Below, in pieces: positions 8,371 to 16,434 of a stretch of 21,572 bases of DNA. The translations under genes and the position numbers were made by a program. The stretch's first letter is position 1. Each line of letters starts with the position of its first letter. A model generated the notes under the pieces. That model did no database searches and had not been told where the DNA came from. It saw nothing but the letters and a program-made list of their open reading frames with translations. The DNA comes from Tubiluchus corallicola (lineage: Eukaryota; Animalia; Priapulida): the NCBI GenBank assembly GCA_030141605.1, contig JAQGDQ010002479.1, positions 1 to 21,572 on the forward strand. The letters run 5' to 3'.

Positions 8371-9726
8371 ATGGCATTGAAAAACACAACAATACTCTTA
8401 TTAGTATTTATATTTACAACTTCTTTACAGGCACAACAAAGTTTTGATATTGACCAAGCAATAGAGTATGCTTTAGAAAATAACAAATCTCTGCTCAATG
8501 CTAAGTTACAAGAAAAAGATGCACGAGCACGTATCAATGAAGTTATTGCTACTGGTTTGCCCCAAGTAAACTTAGCTCTTAACATCAACGACTATTTAAA
8601 AATACCTACCAGTGTACTACCTGCCAATGCTTTTGACCCTAGCGCTCCTGTAGACGAGTTTATTGCTGTAGAATTCGGGACACAATTTCAAGGAAACTTC
8701 AATATCAATGCACAACAAATGATTTTCGATGGTTCATTCCTCACGGGTTTGAAAGCCTCTAATACATACAAAGACCTTATTTCTAAAGATCATATTAAAA
8801 CAGAACAAGATATTATTGAAAATACTTTAAAAGCATTTTATATTATACTTATCAACAAAGAAAGGTTAGAACTTGCGAACCAGAATATTGCCACCTTAGA
8901 AAAAACACTTGACGAAACGACTGTAATGTATGAAAATGGGTATAGTGAAAAAACAGATGTTGATAGAATAAAGGTACAACTCAATAATGTAAAAACCGAG
9001 CAGAAAGATTTAGACAAAAATTTAGAATTGAGTTATATTCTCTTAAAATTTCAAATAGGAATGCCTGTTAGAGAAACATTAGAGATAGAAGGAAACCTTA
9101 AAGAATTTGATTTTTCTTATGAAGAAAGTGAAATTAATAGTTTTGCCTACGACAAACGTGTAGAAGTACAACAGATGGAACTACAAAAAGAAATGGCTGT
9201 CTTAGACCTTAAACTTGTGTACAACGATAGGCTACCTAAACTGTATTTGCAGGCAGGATATGGAAACATACTTGGAACAAGTGAATTCAATCAAGTATGG
9301 AACATAAACAATTGGTACGACAATTACTTTATAGGTGCTAGCCTCACTATCCCTATTTTTAACGGGTTTAGTAGAGATTATAGCATTCAAAGAAAGAAAA
9401 TAGCCATAGAAACCATAGAAAACCAACGTTTTGACTTGGAAAACAGCATAGACCAAGAACTTTTCTCAGCCCGGAAAACACTACAAAATAGTATAGAAAA
9501 ACTGGATGTCCAAAAACAAAACTTAGAACTTGCGGAAGAAGTTTATGAAAACGTAAGAGAACAATATAAAAACGGAATAAGCTCGAACATAGAACTACTT
9601 AATACAGAAACATCGTACAGAGAGTCGGAAGTGCTTTACTACTCAGCCATATACGAAGTTTTAGTTTCAAAAATAGATTTGGATAAAGCACTTGGAAATC
9701 TTGAAAAATACAAAAATAAAGAATAA
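8371..9726 (+). CDS. TolC-family outer membrane efflux protein
   Basis: Signal peptide, AIEYALENN, two OEP-like repeats (LPQV.../LPKL...; ASLTIPIFNG; YKNGISSNIELL). First gene of a tripartite operon. Confidence 0.93.
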   Translation: MALKNTTILLLVFIFTTSLQAQQSFDIDQAIEYALENNKSLLNAKLQEKDARARINEVIATGLPQVNLALNINDYLKIPTSVLPANAFDPSAPVDEFIAVEFGTQFQGNFNINAQQMIFDGSFLTGLKASNTYKDLISKDHIKTEQDIIENTLKAFYIILINKERLELANQNIATLEKTLDETTVMYENGYSEKTDVDRIKVQLNNVKTEQKDLDKNLELSYILLKFQIGMPVRETLEIEGNLKEFDFSYEESEINSFAYDKRVEVQQMELQKEMAVLDLKLVYNDRLPKLYLQAGYGNILGTSEFNQVWNINNWYDNYFIGASLTIPIFNGFSRDYSIQRKKIAIETIENQRFDLENSIDQELFSARKTLQNSIEKLDVQKQNLELAEEVYENVREQYKNGISSNIELLNTETSYRESEVLYYSAIYEVLVSKIDLDKALGNLEKYKNKE

Positions 9727-9728
9727 TT

Positions 9729-10865
9729 ATGAATAAGACAGCAATCATACTATTGACTACCACCAGTCTACTACTTGTAAAGTGTGGAAACGATACAGAT
9801 ATACATAAGAAAAAACAAGAAATAATAAAACTAAGAGAGCAAATTTCTGAATTAAAAGAACAAATAGAACAAATAGAGAAAGAAATAGCTCTAATAGATA
9901 CAACCTTTACAGACAAAGACCTACCCGTTGTAAATATAAAAAAAGTAGAATATACTTTTTCACACTACTCAGAGTTTAGAGGTAGTATCAAATCTCTACA
10001 AAATATAAGAATAAATGCAGAAGTAAGCGGTAAGGTTGTGAAACTGAAAATAAAGGAAGGACAGCGAGTTGCAAAAGACCAAACACTCGTTGTTATAGAT
10101 CCTGACATAATAGAAAAACAAATTAAAGAAGTAGAAACAGCCTTAGAACTTGCTACTGACCTTTATGAGAAGCAAAGCAACTTATGGGAGAAAAACATTG
10201 GCACAGAGGTACAGTATCTACAAACAAAAAATAATAAAGAAGCATTAGAAACACAGTTGGCAACCCTCAACGCCCAATTGGATCTACACTACATAAAAGC
10301 CCCTTTTGACGGAACAATAGAAAACCTTAACGTGAGAGAAAGAGAAATTGTTCAACCGGGAGCTTCCTTATTTAACCTTCAAAATCACAAAGAATTATAT
10401 ATAGAAGCAGATATATCGGAGCATTTCGTAGGAAAAATAAGCAACAACCAAACTGTAGAAATTCTAATACCTGTATTGGAGGAAACAACAAAATCGCATA
10501 TTACATCAGTAGGACAAATTATCAATTTAGAAAACCGTACATTTAAGATAGAAATACAATTAGACGATAACTCAAACTACAAGCCAAATCTCACAGCTAT
10601 AATAACAGCCAAAGACTACCAAAACGATAAAGCTATAACAGTTTCTACAAAAACAATACAAGAAGATGCAAAAGGCCCTTACATATACATAGCCGTAAAA
10701 GAAGATAAGCACTTGATAGCTCAAAGACAATATGTCAAATTGGGGAGGTCATACAATAGCCATATAGAAATAACAGAAGGCATAGAACTCGATGATATTA
10801 TTATAACAGAAGGCTTTAGAATCTTACAAAATGGAGACAAAATAAAAGTCCTAAACAACGATTAA
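9729..10865 (+). CDS. RND efflux periplasmic adaptor (membrane fusion protein), probable lipoprotein
   Basis: Hydrophobic leader ending LLVKCG, coiled coil, AEVSGKVVKLKIKEGQRV and IKAPFDG lipoyl-like halves, C-terminal GRSY...EITEGI. Confidence 0.93.
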   Translation: MNKTAIILLTTTSLLLVKCGNDTDIHKKKQEIIKLREQISELKEQIEQIEKEIALIDTTFTDKDLPVVNIKKVEYTFSHYSEFRGSIKSLQNIRINAEVSGKVVKLKIKEGQRVAKDQTLVVIDPDIIEKQIKEVETALELATDLYEKQSNLWEKNIGTEVQYLQTKNNKEALETQLATLNAQLDLHYIKAPFDGTIENLNVREREIVQPGASLFNLQNHKELYIEADISEHFVGKISNNQTVEILIPVLEETTKSHITSVGQIINLENRTFKIEIQLDDNSNYKPNLTAIITAKDYQNDKAITVSTKTIQEDAKGPYIYIAVKEDKHLIAQRQYVKLGRSYNSHIEITEGIELDDIIITEGFRILQNGDKIKVLNND

Positions 10866-10876
10866 AAAGCAAGAAG

Positions 10877-13800
10877 ATGACAGAAGAAAATAAAAAAATA
10901 CAAAAAGAATTTAAACTTACCACACTTGCCCTAAAAAACAAAGTATCTGTTTATGTACTTACCCTACTTATAGTTATACTTGGAATAAGTTCGTACATTC
11001 AGCTACCCAAAGAAAAGTACCCAGAAGTATCGTTACCTACCATATACGTTACTGCTATATATGCAGGCAACTCGCCCGAAGACATAGAAAACCTTATTAC
11101 TCGAGAATTAGAAAAAGAAATAAGTACCATATCCGAAATAGACAATATAGAATCAGTGTCTATGGAAGATTTTTGTATCATCGCAGTTGAATTTCAATCA
11201 GAAACAGACATAGACTATGCCCATAGAAAAGTAAAAGACGCAGTAGATAAAGCCAAAAAGGAACTACCCTCCGACTTGAAAGAAGATCCTGATGTTGCCG
11301 AGTTCAATATATCAGAAAACATCCCTATGCTCAACCTCAACTTTACAGGGGAGCGTTATACCTTAGACCAATTAGAAGAATTTGCAGAAATAGTAGAAGA
11401 GGAAGTAGAAAGGTTTCCAGAAGTTCTTAAAACAGAAATATACGGGGTCGACGAAAAAGAAGTAGCAATACGAGTTGATCCCTATAAAATGGATGCCCGT
11501 AAAGTAACCTTCGACAACATAGAGCAAGCAGTAGCCTCTGAGAATATAACTTTCTCTGCAGGCAATCTCATTGCTGATGATACAAGAAGAAATATACGTG
11601 TGGTGGGAGAATACACAGACCCCACAGAAATAGAAAATATTATTGTAAAACAAGAAAACAACAATATTGTATATTTAAAAGATATTGCTACTGTTCACTT
11701 TACCTACAAAGACAAACAAAACTATGCCCGCCTCAACAACGAGCCTGTTGTTCGATTAGATATAATGAAAAAAGCAGGGGAAAATCTCATTATAGCTACC
11801 GAAAAAGTAATGGAGGTTGTACATAAACTACAAAAAGAAACATTTCCCAAAGACTTAAAAATTACTGTAACCAACGACCAATCAACAGAAACAAAAGAAC
11901 AAGTAGATAGTTTAGGCAACAACATTGTATTTGGTGTGATATTGGTAGTATTGGTACTTTTATTTTTTCTTGGAACACGCAATTCACTTTTCGTAGGAAT
12001 GGCAATACCCCTATCAATGTTTATGGCTCTTGGTATACTTGGTATACTTGGTGTAACCATCAATACAATGGTTCTTTTTGCTCTCATTATGGCACTTGGT
12101 ATGTTGGTGGACAACGGTATTGTAGTAGTAGAAAATATTTATCGCTTACTGGAAGAAGGAAAAACCTTGTTTCAAGCTACTAAAGAAGGAGTAGGAGAAG
12201 TAGCATTACCTATTATATCATCTACTGCTACTACACTTGCAGCATTCTTCCCACTTGCAATGTGGCCTGGTATAATGGGCGAGTTTATGTTATACCTACC
12301 ACTTACCCTTATCATCACACTTGGCTCCTCGCTATTCGTTGCACTTGTTATCAACCCAGTGTTCATATCCACCTATATGAAGGTGCAAGAAAACCTAAGC
12401 CCCAACCATCAGAAAATACTTAAAAACACTATTGTTTTTGTAAGTTTTGCAACTACATTGGCACTATTGAAAATTACAACACTTAGTAATTTACTATTTT
12501 TATCTGCAATAATAGTGCCTATAAATATATATATATTAGAACCCACTTCTAAGAAATTTCAAAATGTATTACTACCTAAATTAGAAAATTTTTATCAAGG
12601 TAGGGTAAAACATGCACTGCAACATCCGAAAAAGTATTTTCTTGGAACAATTGCATCCCTTATATTTTCTGTAATGCTGCTTGGCATATTTTCGCCAAAT
12701 GTTCTATTCTTCCCCGAAGTAGAACCCCTGTTTATTGATACATATATAGAATTTCCCATAGGAACAGAGATAGAGAAGACCAACAAATATACCCAAAAAG
12801 TAGAAGAACACATATTAAAAAAATTAGAGCCCTATCAAGAAATAGTAGATGCTGTTGTAACCAATGTAAGTCAAGGAGCTTCTGATGCCAACAACGACCT
12901 TACTGCAATGGGAGGTAGCGAAAATCCACATAAAGGAAAAATAACTGTCTACTTTGTAGAAAGCCAATATAGAGGAAATTTAAAAACTTCAAAAATATTG
13001 ACTGAATTGAGAGAAAGCATACCTGCAGAGCCAGGAGTAAGTGTAATCATAAGTCAAGATGCAGTCGGCCCACCAGCAGGTAAACCCATAAATATGGAAA
13101 TACGAGGTGAGGAGTTTGAAGTATTAATAGACCTTTCAGAAAAAGTACAACAAGTAATAAAAGATGCTCAAGTAGAAGGTATAGAATACCTTAAAAGCAG
13201 CTTGGAACTTGGGAAACCTGAACTTTTAATTAATATAGACAGAGACCAAGCAAGACGCTACGGACTATCCACACTATCTATAGCCAATGAAATAAGAACA
13301 GCAGTGTTTGGTAAAGAAATATCAAAATACAAAGAAGGAGAAGACGACTACGAAATCAATGTTAGATTTAACGAAAAATACAGGTACGACATAAACACAA
13401 TAATGAACAAAGAGATAACTTTTAGAAATCAAAGCACAGGTAAACTTGTTAGTGTGCCTATATCTTCCGTAGCCAGTTTGCAATATACTACTACCTACGG
13501 CTCCATAAACCGCATAGACGAAAAAAGAGTAGCTGTATTAAGTTCTAATGTGTTAGACGGGTACAACGCTACCAAAATAAACAACCAACTAAAAAAACTA
13601 TTAAAGAGCTTCGACCTACCACAAGGATATACTATCAGCTTTACAGGAGAACAAGAACAGCAAGAGGAAGAAATGGCATTTCTTTCGCAAGCATTGATAA
13701 TAGCAGTGTTTATGATATTTCTTATCATAGTAACACAATTCAACCAAATAACAGCTCCATTTATTATAATAACTTCCGTAGTATTCAGCACCATAGGAGT

Positions 13801-14287
13801 ATTCCTTGGTATTGTTATTTTCAATATGGAATTTATCGTTATTATGACAATGATAGGTATTATATCACTTGCAGGAGTAGTTGTAAATAATGCTATTGTG
13901 TTGATTGATTTTATGAAACTGACCATAGAAAGAAGAAAAATAGAACTTGCCATACCCGAAGGTGAATCCCTGCCCTACGATGAGCTTTTGAACAGTATAG
14001 AAATAGCAGGAAAAACTCGTTTGCGACCTGTATTACTTACAGCCATTACGACCATACTTGGCTTAGTGCCACTTGCCGTAGGGTTGAATATAGATTTTAT
14101 AGGCTTGTTCGCAAGTTACGATGCTAATGCCTACGTAGGAGGAGACAACGTTGCCTTCTGGGGGCCAATGGCTTGGACAATCATATTTGGGCTTACAACC
14201 GCTACTTTCCTTACTCTTATTATAGTACCTGTAATGTATTTATTGGCATACAAACTTACTCAACTTTTCAAGAGATTAAAAAAATAG
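10877..14287 (+). CDS. RND efflux transporter permease (AcrB/AcrD/AcrF family)
   Basis: 1136 aa with GNSPEDIENLIT, GMLVDNGIVVVENI, GVVVNNAIVLID, RLRPVLLTAITTILGLVPL and two large periplasmic loops. Confidence 0.96.
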   Translation: MTEENKKIQKEFKLTTLALKNKVSVYVLTLLIVILGISSYIQLPKEKYPEVSLPTIYVTAIYAGNSPEDIENLITRELEKEISTISEIDNIESVSMEDFCIIAVEFQSETDIDYAHRKVKDAVDKAKKELPSDLKEDPDVAEFNISENIPMLNLNFTGERYTLDQLEEFAEIVEEEVERFPEVLKTEIYGVDEKEVAIRVDPYKMDARKVTFDNIEQAVASENITFSAGNLIADDTRRNIRVVGEYTDPTEIENIIVKQENNNIVYLKDIATVHFTYKDKQNYARLNNEPVVRLDIMKKAGENLIIATEKVMEVVHKLQKETFPKDLKITVTNDQSTETKEQVDSLGNNIVFGVILVVLVLLFFLGTRNSLFVGMAIPLSMFMALGILGILGVTINTMVLFALIMALGMLVDNGIVVVENIYRLLEEGKTLFQATKEGVGEVALPIISSTATTLAAFFPLAMWPGIMGEFMLYLPLTLIITLGSSLFVALVINPVFISTYMKVQENLSPNHQKILKNTIVFVSFATTLALLKITTLSNLLFLSAIIVPINIYILEPTSKKFQNVLLPKLENFYQGRVKHALQHPKKYFLGTIASLIFSVMLLGIFSPNVLFFPEVEPLFIDTYIEFPIGTEIEKTNKYTQKVEEHILKKLEPYQEIVDAVVTNVSQGASDANNDLTAMGGSENPHKGKITVYFVESQYRGNLKTSKILTELRESIPAEPGVSVIISQDAVGPPAGKPINMEIRGEEFEVLIDLSEKVQQVIKDAQVEGIEYLKSSLELGKPELLINIDRDQARRYGLSTLSIANEIRTAVFGKEISKYKEGEDDYEINVRFNEKYRYDINTIMNKEITFRNQSTGKLVSVPISSVASLQYTTTYGSINRIDEKRVAVLSSNVLDGYNATKINNQLKKLLKSFDLPQGYTISFTGEQEQQEEEMAFLSQALIIAVFMIFLIIVTQFNQITAPFIIITSVVFSTIGVFLGIVIFNMEFIVIMTMIGIISLAGVVVNNAIVLIDFMKLTIERRKIELAIPEGESLPYDELLNSIEIAGKTRLRPVLLTAITTILGLVPLAVGLNIDFIGLFASYDANAYVGGDNVAFWGPMAWTIIFGLTTATFLTLIIVPVMYLLAYKLTQLFKRLKK

Positions 14288-14461
14288 GTTAATATACTAC
14301 TATTCCTGCTTCTTCACATACGCCTACTAGTGATAATGCTGATTTTATGGAGCGTATAAAAGAACTGCAAAATAAAATTGGAAGTCAATTAAAACAGTTA
14401 CCACAAAAAATAGTTATATTGAGAAATTGGAAGATATAGTCGTGTCTCAAAAGGATACTAT

Positions 14462-14630
14462 AAAAATTAATAGAAAAACTTGTTAAATAGCCCTGAACAG
14501 TTTTAAACACTATTAAATTAAACTTTTATCTCATTTGTTTTTATTTTTTTCCTTTTGCTTCTGCATCTTATTATTTATAAGACTTTCCTGCTTTTTTTAT
14601 GTGATTTGTAATCTATTCTTTTTTTGTTTT
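14462..14630. repeat. Left copy of a ~165-bp imperfect inverted repeat flanking the glycosyltransferase gene
   Basis: Reverse complement of ~16150-16325, including an exact 37-bp match (14576-14612 vs 16172-16208). Inner boundary is approximate. Confidence 0.9.
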
Positions 14631-14677
14631 CTAATACACTGTATTTATATTTACGTAAGTAAAAAAAATACCCTAAG

Positions 14678-16126
14678 ATGAACGCTATAGAACATAAACA
14701 AGTAGGACAATTTCATAGTTACTTTAAAAAATATGCTATCTATTACATAGTAATAGCAGTTTATTTTATTGGCTCGATTTTTTCTGTAGGCTATTACAAA
14801 CCAGATGAGCATTTCTCTATATTAGATTTTGCAGGTCTCAAATTGGGACTTATAGAAATTAGAAATCAGACATGGGAATACCATACGCAGATAAGACCTA
14901 CATTACAGCCTTTGATGATAGTGTGGCTGGCAAAATTTCTTTCAGTTTTTGGTATTACCAGCCCATTTGTAATAACCACTATTTTACGTATGTTTTCAGC
15001 AGCGTTGGCATTGTTGTGTATATATTTATTAATAAAAACGTTTAGCCCTACCATCAAAAATGAAATACTTAAAAAATGGTTTATACCTTTGTCTTTTCTA
15101 TTGTGGTTTGTTGTTTATAACGGTGTCAGATATTCGGCAGAAAACTGGTCAGGAGCTACTTTTCTTATAGCACTCACATTTATCCTTCGTAAGGGTTATC
15201 AGTCCTATGCACATCATATTCTTATAGGAGCTTTACTTGGTATTTCTTTTTTATTTAAGTATCAAACAGCTTTTCTATTGATTGGTTTGGGCCCTTGGAT
15301 GCTCATTATAGAACGAAGGAACTTTTTGAAACTAACAACATTGACTGCAGCCTTCTTTATAATTGCAGGGCTTAGTATTTTGCTGGATAGGTATTATTAT
15401 GGAGAGTGGACACTTTCTACGTGGAATTACTTTGAGCAGAATATTTTGTTAGACAAAGCATCTGACTTTGGGAGAATGCCCTGGCACTACTACTTTACAG
15501 CATTGTTTAAAGATGCCTTGCCTCCTTTGAGCTTGGTATATGTTGTAAGTATATTGGCTGTTGTTTTTTTCAAGCCCAAAAGTGCTATAACGTGGGTGAT
15601 AGTGCCTTTGGTACTTATACACAACATTATACCTCATAAAGAGTTGCGTTTTTTGTTTCCCATTATGAACTTATTGCCCATTACTATCATCTACGCAATA
15701 GAGATAGCACAAGACAAAATAAAGTTCCAAAAACCTCTTGTAGAATACAAAGCATTTAAATATAGTGCAAAGATATTTTGGTATGTCAATTGTTTAATGG
15801 TATTAATTATAGCTTTCAAACCAACTACCGACGAGGTAGTCCTTTTTAAGAAAATTTATACTACTTATAAAGAGCCTACAACTTTATACTGTGTAGGTGG
15901 TAGTATTCCTCTTCTATTTTATGCGGGGGAAAACCTACAAATAAAAGAAATTGATAGTATAGAACAAATACCCTATAATGAAAATACAAAACAACTAATC
16001 TTTACTTACAAGAAGCAAGAAGGATATAATCTGGTTTACACCAATAGGCCAGAGTGGATTAAAGATTTTAATTTCAACAACTGGCAAGAACGAGCAAAAA
16101 CTCTGTATGTGTATGAATTAAATTAA
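14678..16126 (+). CDS. Multi-pass membrane glycosyltransferase, GT22 (PIG-B/Alg9-like mannosyltransferase) family, GT-C fold
   Basis: About 10 TM segments. First-loop PDEHF...WEY...IRP, DRYYYGEW, PWHYYF and the HKELRFLFP family motif. Confidence 0.85.
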   Translation: MNAIEHKQVGQFHSYFKKYAIYYIVIAVYFIGSIFSVGYYKPDEHFSILDFAGLKLGLIEIRNQTWEYHTQIRPTLQPLMIVWLAKFLSVFGITSPFVITTILRMFSAALALLCIYLLIKTFSPTIKNEILKKWFIPLSFLLWFVVYNGVRYSAENWSGATFLIALTFILRKGYQSYAHHILIGALLGISFLFKYQTAFLLIGLGPWMLIIERRNFLKLTTLTAAFFIIAGLSILLDRYYYGEWTLSTWNYFEQNILLDKASDFGRMPWHYYFTALFKDALPPLSLVYVVSILAVVFFKPKSAITWVIVPLVLIHNIIPHKELRFLFPIMNLLPITIIYAIEIAQDKIKFQKPLVEYKAFKYSAKIFWYVNCLMVLIIAFKPTTDEVVLFKKIYTTYKEPTTLYCVGGSIPLLFYAGENLQIKEIDSIEQIPYNENTKQLIFTYKKQEGYNLVYTNRPEWIKDFNFNNWQERAKTLYVYELN

Positions 16127-16149
16127 TTATGATGATATATTATTTATGA

Positions 16150-16325
16150 GATACAAAGCAGAAAAGAGTAAATTACAAATCACATAAAAAAAGCAGGAAA
16201 GTCTTATAGGTAATAGAATGCCGAAGTGAAAGTAAGAAAAAACAAAAACAAATAGGGTAAAAGTTTAAGTTTAATAGTGTTTAAAACTTTTCAAGACTAT
16301 TTAACAAGTTTTTTTATTAATTTTT
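16150..16325. repeat. Right copy of the ~165-bp inverted repeat
   Basis: Reverse complement of 14462-14630. Outer end TTAATTTTT mirrors AAAAATTAA. Confidence 0.9.
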
Positions 16326-16434
16326 GCTACTTACAGTTATGTATTCTTATACAAACTTCTATTATTCGCCTCAAAATAGACAAAAATCAAAATTCTTTCG
16401 TTTCAACAGAATATCAACAAGTTATTAACAATAC

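Noticed and set aside
12028-12053. 9-bp tandem CTTGGTATA in the RND gene
   Set aside because: In-frame LGI repeat in a TM helix; too short to imply phase variation.
16146-16187. Mini-ORF MRYKAEKSKLQIT sharing EKSKLQI with the CHAT protein
   Set aside because: Different codons, not preserved in the other IR copy; likely chance in A-rich sequence.
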